From Methylibium sp. (GTDB taxonomy: Bacteria; Pseudomonadota; Gammaproteobacteria; Burkholderiales; Burkholderiaceae_C): a stretch of DNA of 64,000 nucleotides. Location of the stretch: contig NZ_DASTPW010000048.1 of NCBI RefSeq assembly GCF_035762065.1, positions 97,969 through 161,968 of the forward strand. The letters are read 5' to 3'. This document shows, one piece after another, positions 1 through 9,860 of the stretch. The notes beneath the pieces were generated by a model. The model did not search any database. It had not been told where the DNA came from and was given only the letters and a program-made list of their open reading frames with translations. The first letter of the stretch is position 1. The number at the start of each line of letters is the position of its first letter. Position numbers and translations under genes: made by a program.

Positions 1-359
1 TCGTCGGCCAGCAGCAGGTTCGTGAAGACAGGGCCGAGCGAGGTGGTGAAGTCGCCGGTCTTCTGGTTGAACACGCGCGTTCCCACCAGGTCGGCCGGCA
101 CCAGGTCGGGCGTGAACTGGATGCGGCGGAAGCCGCCGGCCAGCACGGTGGCGAGCGTCTTCACCGTCTGCGTCTTCGCGAGGCCCGGCATGCCTTCGAC
201 GAGCAGGTGGCCCTGGGCCAGCATCGCGATCAGCACGCGCTCGAGGAAGGCGTCCTGGCCGACGACGACCTTCTTCACCTCGTAGAGCACGCGCTGCATC
301 TGCGCGGCGACGTCCTCGGGCTTGATCGGCGGCTGAAGGGTGAAGGGCGAGTCGGTCAT
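1..359 (-). CDS. MoxR-like AAA+ ATPase, N-terminal part (the gene runs off the left edge of the window)
   Basis: Reverse translation from the ATG at 359-357 gives MTDSPFTLQPPIKPEDVAAQMQRVLYEVKKVVVGQDAFLERVLIAMLAQGHLLVEGMPGLAKTQTVKTLA...RIQFTPDLVPADLVGT...GPVFTNLLLADE. This is the typical MoxR Walker A and downstream motifs. It is absent from the ORF track because there is no stop inside the window. Confidence 0.8.
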   Translation of the reverse strand, partial: MTDSPFTLQPPIKPEDVAAQMQRVLYEVKKVVVGQDAFLERVLIAMLAQGHLLVEGMPGLAKTQTVKTLATVLAGGFRRIQFTPDLVPADLVGTRVFNQKTGDFTTSLGPVFTNLLLAD

Positions 360-408
360 CGGAACCTCGGAAAGCGAGATGGGCGGCAGGCGGCGTTCCC
401 GCAGGCGT

Positions 409-1509
409 TCAGGCGGGCGGCATGCCAGCGGCTTGCGCCGCGTCCTCGATCGGCACCGCCATGCCGATGCCGATGAAGACCGCCTGGTCGGTCGGGTTCA
501 GGATCGAGCAGACGATGCCGACCACCTGGCCGTCCATCGTCACCAGCGGGCCGCCGGAATTGCCGGGGTTCGCTGCGGCGTCGAACTGGATCAGGTTGGT
601 GAGCACCAGGCCGCCGCGCTCGTTGCCCTGCGCGTCCTGGCGCGAGCCGATGCGGTGTTCGCGGCCCAGGCCCGAGACGACGCCGGCCGACACACTCGGC
701 CCGATGCCGAACGGGAAGCCCACCGCCACCACCTCGTCGCCCGGTGCGACGCCGGCGGTCGTACGCAGCGTCGCGGGCTGCAGGTCGTCGGGCACGCGCT
801 TCGGCTTGAGCACCGCCAGATCCTTGTCGGCACGCACCGAGACGATCACCGCCTCGGACTCGCTGCGGTCGTGGAAGGTCAGCACGATCCGCTCGGCGCC
901 GGCCACCACGTGCCAGCTGGTCAGCACCGTGCCGTCGTCGGCGATCACAACGCCGGTGCCGACCGCGCGCCCCGGCCTGGCGGGATCGGCGCCGGGCTTC
1001 GGCGCCTCCGGGTTCGGCCCTTCGGCTTTCGGGTCGGTCGCCATCTCGGCAGGCTTCTTCGGCTCGGCCGGATTGCCGCGCACGAGCACGATCGAAGGCA
1101 TCACCGTCGCCGCCGCGCGCGCGGCGCGCGAGGGCAGGTTCTTGGTCTCGAGCGTGTGCAGCACCGCGGCGTCGATGTCTTCCTGGCTGAACACGCGGGC
1201 CTGGTCGCGCCACGGCGCCGCGACGAGCACGCCGAGCGTCACCGCGAGCAGCAGCGCCGCGAACGCGGCGTAGCGCGCGCCGCGGCGGCTGATCGTCAGG
1301 GGCTCGGAACGCTTCGGCGGCTTGGGCGCCCGGGCCGGCTTCGCGTCCGGCTCGATGGCGGGATGGCGCGCGGACATCGCCGCGCTCGCGACCGACACCG
1401 CCGGCGCCACGGCGCCTGCGCGCGCGCCGGCCGAGCGGCTGTAGAGCGTCGCGCGCCGGCGCGGGGCGGGCGTCGATGCGCCGGCGGATGCATCGTTCGA
1501 CGAGCTCAT
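409..1509 (-). CDS. Trypsin-like serine protease (S1C/DegP-like catalytic domain) with an N-terminal membrane anchor
   Basis: This is the C-terminal 366 codons of ORF 409..2166. Start taken at MSSSNDAS (ATG at 1509). One hydrophobic segment, YAAFAALLLAVTLGVLVAAPW, then the His region TSWHVV, DLAVLK, and the serine motif GNSGGPLV. I saw no clear PDZ domain. Confidence 0.75.
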   Translation of the reverse strand: MSSSNDASAGASTPAPRRRATLYSRSAGARAGAVAPAVSVASAAMSARHPAIEPDAKPARAPKPPKRSEPLTISRRGARYAAFAALLLAVTLGVLVAAPWRDQARVFSQEDIDAAVLHTLETKNLPSRAARAAATVMPSIVLVRGNPAEPKKPAEMATDPKAEGPNPEAPKPGADPARPGRAVGTGVVIADDGTVLTSWHVVAGAERIVLTFHDRSESEAVIVSVRADKDLAVLKPKRVPDDLQPATLRTTAGVAPGDEVVAVGFPFGIGPSVSAGVVSGLGREHRIGSRQDAQGNERGGLVLTNLIQFDAAANPGNSGGPLVTMDGQVVGIVCSILNPTDQAVFIGIGMAVPIEDAAQAAGMPPA

Positions 1510-1624
1510 CGCGACTCCTCGGCTCGACGGCGTGCGCGGCCCGCACGCCAACGAGGCGACAGTAGCACGCGACATGCCGCCCCGGCCCGCGGGCACGTGG
1601 CTTGGGCCTGCGGCCCGCTCGGGT

Positions 1625-3937
1625 TCAGCGACGCAGCAGCAGGTGCATCGCGTCGGACGGCAGCTCGATGCGGATCGAGCCGTCGGCCGCGTCGCGTTCG
1701 AGCAGGCGCGTGGCGAGCGGCTCGCCGTTCGCGTCGAGCACCACCGCCTCGCGCAGCCGGCTGTCGAACAAGCGCAGCACGACGTTCGACCGGCGCACGC
1801 GCCACGGCGCCGCGCCGTGGCTCTCGATGAGCCGGGCGTCGATGCGGCGCTGCGCTTCGCCCGGCGCAAGCGTCGTCGCGCGCTCGGCCCAGCCCTCGGG
1901 CCGTGCCGGCGTCGCGACCTGCACCAGCACCCGCCCGGCCTGCACGAGCGGCTGCCCGTCAAGCGACACGACCGCCACCGCCGCGAAGGCGTCGCGCGAG
2001 GCGATCTCGACGTCGCCGAGCCGCTGCGGCCCCGCGTGCGCGAGCCGGCCGACCACCGCCTGCGCCCGCGGCGTGTCGATGCGCAGCAGCCCCAGCGTGT
2101 CGTCGAGCCGGAACTCGCGGCCGGCGGCGCGCTGCCTCGCGGCGTCGGCGAGCTTGACCTCGGCACGACCGGCCTCGAAGCGCACGACGACCGGCCCGGC
2201 CAGGAAGCCGCGGGAGGACGCCGCGCCTTCGGCCGCCTGCCCGACGCGCGGGCCGGCGCCGGCGTCGCGGTTCGGATCGAAGCCGTCGCGCTCGGCCAGC
2301 GCCGGCGATTCGCGCTGCCAGAGCGCCGCGAGCGGCCGGCTTTCTTCCACGGCGACCGGCGCGGTCGGCATGTCGCCGCGCCGATAGATCAGCGCGGCGG
2401 CCGGGAACTGCCCGAGCAGCTCCGGTGTCGCGAAGCTCCACTTCGCCTGCGACGCCAGGAAGCCGTTGGCCGACATCGGCGGTGCGTAGCCCTCCGACTC
2501 GGTCGCGAACCACATGTAGCCGGCGACCCCGGCGCGCGCCGCATGCGCCGCCACCAGCAACGGCCCCTCGACCGCCCAGGCATGCGGCATCACCCACGTG
2601 CCCTCGCTGACCACGATCGGCCGGCCGCCGCTGCGCCGCACGGCGGTGGGCAGCAGGCCGGGATCGAGCAGCGCGCTCGGGCTCGTGTAGCGGTCGCCGG
2701 CGGCCACCGCCCAGGCTTCGTTCGGCCCTTGGTGGACGCCGGTGTTGTAGCGGTTCACCGCATCGACCTCGCCCGGCCCGTAGCTCCAGCGCTCGGCATC
2801 GTTCAGCCGCTCCGCGCTCGCGGTGCGCCAGTTGCCGGCGTTGATCAGCGTGCGCGCGCCGACCTGCCCGCGCAGATGCTCGACGATCTCCTCGTTGAAC
2901 CCGTGCATCGTGCGTGCGAGGAATTCCGTCTGGTCGGCGACGCGCGCCGCGCGGCCGGGCTTGAGCGCCGAAGCCGGCTGGGTCATCAGCCACCAGTCGA
3001 GCAGCGCGACGCGGGCATCGCCGTCGCGCGCATCGCGCTCGCCTTGCCACGCGCCGCGTGCCTTCTCGATCGAGCCGTGCTTGCGCACCGCGAACGCGGC
3101 GAACTGCGCTTCGAGCGCCTCGCGCTGCGCGCCCTGGATCGCGCCGGCGGTCCAGAACAGCAGGCTGTCCTCGTTCTGCAGCTGCAGCAGCGCCAGCGCC
3201 GGCTCGAGGGCGAGCGGCACGCCGGTGTAGGGATTGGGCGGCACCAGCAGCTTCGCGAGCCAGGTCTTGTAGGCGGCGCGCAGCTGCGGGTCGAAGAACA
3301 GCAGCCCCCAGGCCGGCTGCTGCGCGCCGCCGCCGATGCCCCAGTGCGCGGCGAACTTCATCCACGCCGCCCAGTAGGGCGACAGCGCGGTGTAAATGCC
3401 CTCGCGCTTCATCGCGGCGACGGTGCGCCAGATGCCGTCGCGTTCGCGCTCGTCGATGTCGTCGAGCGCGGCCTTCGGCGTGCGTTCGAGGTCGGGGGCG
3501 ATCTGCCGGTGCAGCCGCACGAGGTTGACGCCGCGCTTCGCGAGGAAGCGGGCGTGGCGCGCGAGATCGGGCGCGGCTTCGGGCCACAGCGGGCGCTTTT
3601 CGTGGGGGCGCCGGCCGACGTCGCTGTTGACGGCCCAGAAGCGCAGCGGCCGGCCGTCGCCGCGCGCGAAACCGCCCTGCCCGTCCGCACGCACGAAGCC
3701 GGTCTCGCCGGCGACCGCTTCGTTCATCGAGCGCAGGTCGAGCAGCGCGTCGGGCGAGAAGCGGTCGGGCGGCGGTGCGAAGCGCCAGGTGCCGGCGTCG
3801 TCGTCCCAGCGCTGCGGCTCGAACGGCGGCTCGAGCGGAGCCGCGTCCCGCACGACCTGGCCGCGCTTGAGCCAGCCGGCACCGAGCGCGAGGCCGGCAC
3901 CGGCTGCAGCGAGCGCGGCCGCGGTGCGTCGTCTCAT
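1625..3937 (-). CDS. Secreted glycoside-hydrolase-like protein (clan GH-A style TIM barrel, family not assignable by eye)
   Basis: This is the in-frame C-terminal 770 codons of ORF 1625..4816. The start [21 protein letters not shown] looks like a signal or Tat-like peptide. The motifs LQLQNEDSL (NE acid/base-like) and PIVVSEGTW (nucleophile-like) resemble clan GH-A. The ATG (3937-3935) overlaps the xerD stop (ATGA). Confidence 0.5.
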   Translation of the reverse strand: MRRRTAAALAAAGAGLALGAGWLKRGQVVRDAAPLEPPFEPQRWDDDAGTWRFAPPPDRFSPDALLDLRSMNEAVAGETGFVRADGQGGFARGDGRPLRFWAVNSDVGRRPHEKRPLWPEAAPDLARHARFLAKRGVNLVRLHRQIAPDLERTPKAALDDIDERERDGIWRTVAAMKREGIYTALSPYWAAWMKFAAHWGIGGGAQQPAWGLLFFDPQLRAAYKTWLAKLLVPPNPYTGVPLALEPALALLQLQNEDSLLFWTAGAIQGAQREALEAQFAAFAVRKHGSIEKARGAWQGERDARDGDARVALLDWWLMTQPASALKPGRAARVADQTEFLARTMHGFNEEIVEHLRGQVGARTLINAGNWRTASAERLNDAERWSYGPGEVDAVNRYNTGVHQGPNEAWAVAAGDRYTSPSALLDPGLLPTAVRRSGGRPIVVSEGTWVMPHAWAVEGPLLVAAHAARAGVAGYMWFATESEGYAPPMSANGFLASQAKWSFATPELLGQFPAAALIYRRGDMPTAPVAVEESRPLAALWQRESPALAERDGFDPNRDAGAGPRVGQAAEGAASSRGFLAGPVVVRFEAGRAEVKLADAARQRAAGREFRLDDTLGLLRIDTPRAQAVVGRLAHAGPQRLGDVEIASRDAFAAVAVVSLDGQPLVQAGRVLVQVATPARPEGWAERATTLAPGEAQRRIDARLIESHGAAPWRVRRSNVVLRLFDSRLREAVVLDANGEPLATRLLERDAADGSIRIELPSDAMHLLLRR

Positions 3938-4890
3938 CCGCGCGGATGGTGCGCCGCGTGCAGCTGCTTCAGCCGCTCGCGCGCCACGTGGGTGTAGATC
4001 TGCGTCGTCGAGATGTCGGCGTGGCCCAGCAGCATCTGCACCGCCCGCAGGTCGGCGCCGTGGTTCAGCAGATGGGTCGCGAAGGCGTGGCGCAGCGTGT
4101 GCGGCGACAGCGGGGCCACGATGCCGGCGTGCCGCGCATGCCGCTTGACGACGAGCCAGAAGGCCTGCCGGGTCATCGCGTGGCCGGCGCGGCTCGCGCG
4201 CGCGGTGACGAACAGCGCGTCGCTCGTGGCGCCCTTGGCGGAGCCGGGCCGCCGGCCGAGGATCGCGGCGCGTGCCTCGTCGAGGTAGCGCACGAGCCAC
4301 GCGCGCGCCTCCTCGCCGAAGGGCAGCAGCCGCTCCTTGCTGCCCTTGCCGGTGACCTGCAGCGCGTTGTCGGCCAGGCTCAGGTGCACGCTCTTCAGCC
4401 CGACCAGCTCGCTCACGCGCAGGCCGCTCGCGTACATCAGTTCGAGCATCGCGCGATCGCGCAGGCCGAGCGGCGTCGCGGTGTCGGGCGCGGCGAGCAG
4501 CGCCTCGACCTGCGCTTCGGTGAGCGTCTTCGGCACGCGCGCCGCCTGCTTGGCAGGCTCGAGGCGCAGGGTCGGATCGGCCGTCAGCCGGCCTTCGCGC
4601 AACGCCCAGCGGAAGTAGCGCCGGAACACGGCGAGGCGCCGGTTCGCGCTGGTCGCCTTGCTCGCCCGGTGGCGCGCGGAGGCGTAGGCGAGCAAGTCGT
4701 GCTCGGTGGCCTCGTCGAGGCCGCGCCCCTGGTGCGCGGTGAGCCAGGCGGCGAACTGGTTCAGGTCGCGCCGGTAGGCCGCGAGCGAATTGGCGGCAAG
4801 GCCGTCCTCGATCCACAGCGCGTCGACGAAGCGGTCGATCGCTGCGGTGCTGTCATCGCCGACGGCGCCGGCATCCGTGCTCGCAGGCAT
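3934..4890 (-). CDS. xerD: Site-specific tyrosine recombinase XerD
   Basis: 318 aa. The N-terminal SAM-like domain has [23 protein letters not shown]. The catalytic region has [42 protein letters not shown] (R..HxxR..Y signature). Confidence 0.9.
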   Translation of the reverse strand: MPASTDAGAVGDDSTAAIDRFVDALWIEDGLAANSLAAYRRDLNQFAAWLTAHQGRGLDEATEHDLLAYASARHRASKATSANRRLAVFRRYFRWALREGRLTADPTLRLEPAKQAARVPKTLTEAQVEALLAAPDTATPLGLRDRAMLELMYASGLRVSELVGLKSVHLSLADNALQVTGKGSKERLLPFGEEARAWLVRYLDEARAAILGRRPGSAKGATSDALFVTARASRAGHAMTRQAFWLVVKRHARHAGIVAPLSPHTLRHAFATHLLNHGADLRAVQMLLGHADISTTQIYTHVARERLKQLHAAHHPRG

Positions 4891-4927
4891 GCGGTGCAGT
4901 GTGCCTGCGCCGCATGCCGAAGCCGGA

Positions 4928-5941
4928 TCATTCGAGCTTGAGCTTCTGCTTCTCGACCACGCTCTTGTAGACGTCGAACTCCGCCTTCGTCTGCTGCGCG
5001 AACTGCTCCGGCGTGTTGCCGACGATCAGCGAGCCGGTGTCCTCGATCTTCTTCTTGACCGACGGGTCCTCCAGCGTCTTGCGCACCGAGGCGTTGACCT
5101 TGTCGACGACGTCCTTCGGCAGGCCCTTCGGCCCGTGGATGCCGTAGTACGCCATGCGGTTCACGCCTTCGAGGCCGACTTCCTTGAACGTCGGCACGTT
5201 CGGCAGCGCGGCCAGCCGCTCGGGCGCGGCGACGACGATGGCGATCAGCCGGCCGTCCTTGATGAAGGGCAGCGCCGAGGGCAGGTTGTCGAAGATCATC
5301 GGCACCTGGCCCGCGACCGTGTCGTTCAGCGCCGGCCCGGCGCCGCGGTAGGGGATGTGGGTGACGAAGGTGCCGGTGAGGCTCTTATAAAGCTCCATCT
5401 GCAGGTGCCCGATGCCGCCGGTGCCCGAGCTGGCGAAGCTGTACCGCCCCGGGTTCTTCTTCAGCTCGGCGACGAAGCTCTTGTAGTCGCGCGCCGGGAA
5501 ACTGGGATGCACCGCGATCACGTTCGGCGTCGCGGCGATGTTGATGATCGACGTGAAGTCGGTCAGCGGGTTGTAGGGCGTCTTCGGGTTGATCGCCGGG
5601 TTCGACGCGGTGGTCGAGACGGTCGCGATGCCGAGCGTGTAGCCGTCGGGCGCGGCCTTCACGATCTCGGCAGCGCCGATGATTCCGCCGCCACCGGCCT
5701 TGTTCTCGACGAGCACCGTCTGGCCCAGTGGGCCGTTGAGCTTCTCCGAGACGACGCGGGCAATGATGTCGGTCGTGCCGCCCGGCGCGAACGGCACCAC
5801 CAGCCGCACCGGCTTGGCCGCCGGGTAGGCCTGCGCGCGGGCATCGCCGATGCCGGCGCCGACCAGCGCCGCGGCCAGCGGCAGCGAAGTCGCAAGGATG
5901 AAACGCCGGCGCGCCGGGGCCACGAAGGACAGCTTGGACAT
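4928..5941 (-). CDS. Bug-family (TctC-like) tripartite tricarboxylate transporter substrate-binding protein
   Basis: Start at [30 protein letters not shown] (Tat-like signal). This is 19 codons inside ORF 4928..5998, with GGAG upstream. [21 protein letters not shown] is the hallmark Bug motif. Confidence 0.85.
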   Translation of the reverse strand: MSKLSFVAPARRRFILATSLPLAAALVGAGIGDARAQAYPAAKPVRLVVPFAPGGTTDIIARVVSEKLNGPLGQTVLVENKAGGGGIIGAAEIVKAAPDGYTLGIATVSTTASNPAINPKTPYNPLTDFTSIINIAATPNVIAVHPSFPARDYKSFVAELKKNPGRYSFASSGTGGIGHLQMELYKSLTGTFVTHIPYRGAGPALNDTVAGQVPMIFDNLPSALPFIKDGRLIAIVVAAPERLAALPNVPTFKEVGLEGVNRMAYYGIHGPKGLPKDVVDKVNASVRKTLEDPSVKKKIEDTGSLIVGNTPEQFAQQTKAEFDVYKSVVEKQKLKLE

Positions 5942-6048
5942 CGGATCTCCTGTAGCGAGTGTTCGAAAGGCAGCAGCGGCCACTTTGCCCGCTCCCACGA
6001 CGGATGCCGAGCGAGGAAACCCCTTCGGGCAGCACGTAAGCTCGACCG

Positions 6049-6951
6049 GTGCACGACCTGTTGTTGCTGCTGCCCGATTTCCTGTTGATCGTCGTCGGCT
6101 TCGTCGTCTGCCGCGCCACCGCGCTGGGCCGGCCGGTCTGGGAAGCGGCCGAGAAGCTCGTGTACTACCTGCTGTTCCCGGTGCTGCTGTTCACGTCGAT
6201 CGTGCGCAACCCGTTGCAGCCCGGCGACGCGCTCGCGCTGGCGGGCGCGGGCCTCGCGACGGTGGCGCTGGGCGTCGCGCTCGCCTGGCTGCTCGGCCGC
6301 TGGCCGGGCGTCGACCGGCGCCTGCATGCCTCGGGCGCGCAGACGGCCTTCCGCTTCAACTCCTACGTCGCGCTTGCGATGGCGGAGCGCCTGGGCGGCG
6401 CGGGCGGCGTCGCGCAGATGGCGATCCTGGTGGCGGTGTGCGTGCCGGTCTGCAACGCCGCCGCGGTGCTGCCGCTCGCGCGCGAAGGCGGCCAGCCGCT
6501 GCTGCGCGAGCTGGCGAAGAACCCCTTGATCCTGAGCACGCTTGGCGGCCTCGCCGCCAACCTGCTCGGCCTGCGGCTGCCCGACGCGATGGGCACCACG
6601 CTGCAACGCATCGGCGCCGCGGCGCTGCCGCTCGGGTTGATGGCGGTGGGCGCCGGCCTGCAGTTCGGCGGGCTCACCGCCGCACCGAAGCTCGCCGCGG
6701 CGCTGCTTGCGATCCGCCATGCGGCGCTGCCGGCGTTCGCGCTCGCACTCGGCCTGTGGCTCGCGCTCGACGCCGCGCAGTGGACGGTGCTGGTCGCGTT
6801 CGCCGCGATGCCGACGGCCTCGAGCGCCTACGTGCTCGCGGTGCGCATGGGCGGCAACGGGCCGTTCGTCGCCGGCCTCGTCACCGTCTCGACGCTGCTC
6901 GGCATGCTGACGCTGCCGGCATGGATCGCGATGCGGGCGGGGCTCGGCTGA
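6049..6951 (+). CDS. AEC (auxin efflux carrier) family transporter
   Basis: 300 aa, polytopic and hydrophobic. The N-terminus [19 protein letters not shown]...[12 protein letters not shown] is typical of AEC/YfdV-like permeases. GTG start. Confidence 0.75.
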   Translation: MHDLLLLLPDFLLIVVGFVVCRATALGRPVWEAAEKLVYYLLFPVLLFTSIVRNPLQPGDALALAGAGLATVALGVALAWLLGRWPGVDRRLHASGAQTAFRFNSYVALAMAERLGGAGGVAQMAILVAVCVPVCNAAAVLPLAREGGQPLLRELAKNPLILSTLGGLAANLLGLRLPDAMGTTLQRIGAAALPLGLMAVGAGLQFGGLTAAPKLAAALLAIRHAALPAFALALGLWLALDAAQWTVLVAFAAMPTASSAYVLAVRMGGNGPFVAGLVTVSTLLGMLTLPAWIAMRAGLG

Positions 6952-8057
6952 CGCTGCGCCAGCGCCCAGTCGATGTGCTCGCGCAGCATCGGCGTGGCCG
7001 CCTCGCGCCCGGCCTGCAGCGCCGCGGCGATCGAGGCATCGCCGCTTTCGCGCCAGGCGTTGCCGAGCGCGACCGCCAGGTTGCGCTGCCATCGCGCGTG
7101 GCCGATGCGGCGGATCGCGCTGCCTTCGGTGCGGCGCAGGAACTCCGCCTCGGACCATGCCCACAGCTCGACGAGCTGCGGCTCGGCGATGTCCGAGCGC
7201 ACGTCGAAGTCGGCGAGGCTCGCGCGCTGCGCGTACTTGTTCCAGGGGCACACCAGCTGGCAGTCGTCGCAACCGACGATGCGGTTGCCGATCGCCGCGC
7301 GCAACGCGACGGGGATGGGGCCGTCGTGCTCGATCGTCAGGTAGCTGATGCAGCGCCGCGCGTCGAGTCGTCGCTCGCCGACGATCGCCTGCGTCGGGCA
7401 GACGTCGATGCACGCGCGGCAGCTGCCGCAGTGCGGCTCGGCCGGCGCCGTCACGGGCAGCGGCGCATCGACGTAGATCTCGCCGAGGAAGAACATCGAG
7501 CCGCGCTCGCGCGACAGCAGCAGCGTGTGCTTGCCGCGCCAGCCGAGTCCGCTGCGCTGCGCGAGCTCGACTTCGAGCACGGGTGCCGAATCGACGAACA
7601 CGCGATGGCCCAGCGGGCCGAGCCGGCCGGCCAGCGCGTCGGCCAGCTTCTGCAGGCGTGCGCGCAGCACCTTGTGGTAATCGCGGCCGCGGGCGTAGAT
7701 CGACACGCCGGCGCGGCGCGCGTTGCGCAGGCGGTCGAACTCGATCGCCTGCCAGCCCTCGCGCGTGTCGCGCGGCAGGTAGTCCATCCGCGCGGTGACG
7801 ACGCGAACCGTGCCCGGCACCAGCTCGGCCGGCCGCGCGCGCTTCAGGCCGTGCGCGGCCATGTAGTGCATCGAGCCGTGGAAGCCCTGTTCGAGCCAGC
7901 CGAGAAGACCCGGCTCCGCCTCGGACAGATCGATCCCGGCCACACCGATCTGGGAAAATCCGAGCCGCTGCGCGTCCTCGCGCAGCCCATCGAGCACGTT
8001 GACGACAGGCCTGCCCGTCCCCTCGCCCACCGTCGCGCCGTGCCCTGCTTCATGCAT
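6828..8057 (-). CDS. queG: Epoxyqueuosine reductase QueG
   Basis: GFSQIGVAGIDLSEAEPGLLGWLEQGFHGSMHYMAAHG aligns with the E. coli QueG N-terminus. Two 4Fe-4S motifs are present: CGSCRACIDVCP and CDDCQLVCPWN. Start is uncertain: ATG at 8057, or a GTG about 16-17 codons downstream. The 3' tail overlaps the AEC gene end by 124 nt. Confidence 0.85.
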   Translation of the reverse strand: MHEAGHGATVGEGTGRPVVNVLDGLREDAQRLGFSQIGVAGIDLSEAEPGLLGWLEQGFHGSMHYMAAHGLKRARPAELVPGTVRVVTARMDYLPRDTREGWQAIEFDRLRNARRAGVSIYARGRDYHKVLRARLQKLADALAGRLGPLGHRVFVDSAPVLEVELAQRSGLGWRGKHTLLLSRERGSMFFLGEIYVDAPLPVTAPAEPHCGSCRACIDVCPTQAIVGERRLDARRCISYLTIEHDGPIPVALRAAIGNRIVGCDDCQLVCPWNKYAQRASLADFDVRSDIAEPQLVELWAWSEAEFLRRTEGSAIRRIGHARWQRNLAVALGNAWRESGDASIAAALQAGREAATPMLREHIDWALAQRQPSPARIAIHAGSVSMPSSVETVTRPATNGPLPPMRTAST

Positions 8058-8552
8058 GCATCGATTCTAGAAACGCGCTTCGCCACCTGGCCCGACGAGG
8101 CCGCCTGCGCCGCCGCCGCGCAGCGCCTCGCGGTCGAGCCGGCGACCCTGCATGCCACCGTCGAACTCGCCGGCCCGCTCGGTGCCGGCAAGACGACCTT
8201 CGTTCGGCACCTGCTGCGCGCATTCGGCGTGCGCGGCCGCATCAAGAGCCCGAGCTATGCGGTGGTCGAGCCTTACGAACTGCCGGCCGGGCGCGGTGCG
8301 GCATGGCACTTCGACTTCTACCGCTTCGAGCGCGGCAGCGAATGGGAAGACGCGGGCTTTCGCGACCTCTTCGCGCAGCCGGGGCTCAAGCTCGTCGAAT
8401 GGGCCGAGCATGCGAGGGACCTGCCGCGCTGCGACCTGCGCATCGAGCTGAGCACGCGGCAGGACGAGGGGCGCGACGTGCGCTGGGCGGCCTTCAGCGA
8501 ACGCGGCCTCGCGCTGATCGACGCCGTCTCGACCGCGGGAGCCGAGCGGTGA
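8052..8552 (+). CDS. tsaE: tRNA threonylcarbamoyladenosine (t6A) biosynthesis ATPase TsaE
   Basis: 166 aa starting MHASILETRF. P-loop GPLGAGKTTFVRHLL, then IKSPSYAVVEPY and HFDFYR, all typical of YjeE/TsaE. Confidence 0.85.
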   Translation: MHASILETRFATWPDEAACAAAAQRLAVEPATLHATVELAGPLGAGKTTFVRHLLRAFGVRGRIKSPSYAVVEPYELPAGRGAAWHFDFYRFERGSEWEDAGFRDLFAQPGLKLVEWAEHARDLPRCDLRIELSTRQDEGRDVRWAAFSERGLALIDAVSTAGAER

Positions 8553-9853
8553 TCCACCGCCGGCGCTGGCTCGGCGCCGCCTGCGGCACGCTGGTGCTGT
8601 CGCTCGGGCCCGCGCAGCTCGCGTTCGGCGCGACGCTGTTGGCGGTGCGCGTGTGGCCGGCGGCCGACTACACGCGCGTCACGCTCGAATCGGACACCGC
8701 CTTGCAGGCGCGGCATTTCGTCGTCGGCAATCCGCACCGCGTCGTGATCGACATCGAGGGGCTCGAGCTCGACGGCGCCTTGCGCGAGCTGGTCGGCCGC
8801 ATCGCGCCGGGCGATCCCTACATCGCCGGCGTGCGGGTCGGCCAGACGCGGCCGCGCGTCGTGCGGCTCGTCATCGACCTGAAGCAGCCGACGCTGCCGC
8901 AGGTGTTCACGCTCGAGCCGGTCGCGGCCTACCGCCACCGGCTGGTGTTCGACCTGCATCCCACGGCCGAGCGCGACCCGCTGCTCGCGCTGCTGAACGA
9001 CAAGGCCACGGCCGACCGGGCGGCCACGCCTTCGGAGCGCGCCGCCTCCGCGGTGCAGGACGCGCTGGGCGACCTGATCGGCCGCATCGAAGGCCGCCCC
9101 GGCGCGCCGGCCGCCGAGCCGCCGGCGGCGCCGAAGGCCACCGACCGCTTCTTCGTCGTCGCGATCGACCCCGGCCACGGCGGCGAGGACCCGGGCGCGA
9201 TCGGCCCCACCGGCCTGCGCGAGAAGGACGTCGTGCTGCACGTCGCGCGCGAACTGCATCGGCGCATCAATGCGCGCCCGAACATGCGCGCGATGCTCAC
9301 CCGCGACGCCGACTTCTTCGTGCCGCTGCACGAGCGCGTGCGCAAGGCGCGGCGGGTGCAGGCCGACCTGTTCGTCTCGATCCACGCCGATGCCTTCGTC
9401 AAGCCGCACGCGCGTGGCGCCTCGGTGTTCGCCTTGAGCGAATCGGGCGCGAGCAGCGTCGAGGCGAAGTGGCTCGCGAACAAGGAGAACGCGGCCGACC
9501 TGATCGGCGGCGTGAACGTGAAGGTGAAGGACGCGGCGGTCAACCGCGCCTTGCTCGACATGAGCACCAGCGCCCAGATCAAGGACAGCCTGCGCCTGGG
9601 CGCCGAGGTGCTGGGCCGCATCGGCCGCGTCGGCCGGCTGCACAAGCGCAACGTCGAGCAGGCCGGCTTCGCGGTGCTGAAGGCGCCGGACGTGCCCTCG
9701 ATCCTCGTCGAGACGGCATTCATCTCGAACCCCGACGAGGAAAAGCTGCTGCGCAGCGAGGACCACCGCGAAAAGCTGGTCGACGCGCTGCTGGACGGGA
9801 TCGAGCGCTACTTCGCGAAGAACCCGCCGCTCGCGAAGCGCAGGCAGGCCTGA
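8549..9853 (+). CDS. amiC: N-acetylmuramoyl-L-alanine amidase (AmiC/AmiB type) with a Tat-like signal and an AMIN domain
   Basis: GTG start overlaps the tsaE stop (GTGA). VIHRRRWLGAACGTLVL is a twin-arginine signal. AMIN-like region LLAVRVWPAADYTRVTLESD. Amidase_3 core VVAIDPGHGGEDPGAIG...FVSIHADA. Confidence 0.85.
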   Translation: MIHRRRWLGAACGTLVLSLGPAQLAFGATLLAVRVWPAADYTRVTLESDTALQARHFVVGNPHRVVIDIEGLELDGALRELVGRIAPGDPYIAGVRVGQTRPRVVRLVIDLKQPTLPQVFTLEPVAAYRHRLVFDLHPTAERDPLLALLNDKATADRAATPSERAASAVQDALGDLIGRIEGRPGAPAAEPPAAPKATDRFFVVAIDPGHGGEDPGAIGPTGLREKDVVLHVARELHRRINARPNMRAMLTRDADFFVPLHERVRKARRVQADLFVSIHADAFVKPHARGASVFALSESGASSVEAKWLANKENAADLIGGVNVKVKDAAVNRALLDMSTSAQIKDSLRLGAEVLGRIGRVGRLHKRNVEQAGFAVLKAPDVPSILVETAFISNPDEEKLLRSEDHREKLVDALLDGIERYFAKNPPLAKRRQA

Positions 9854-9860
9854 GGCTCGC

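Noticed and set aside
3934-4890. Tyrosine recombinase considered as a marker of an integrated mobile element or genomic island.
   Set aside because: The sequence is a canonical full-length XerD. There are no flanking repeats, tRNA, phage genes or transposase genes, and I saw no compositional break around it.
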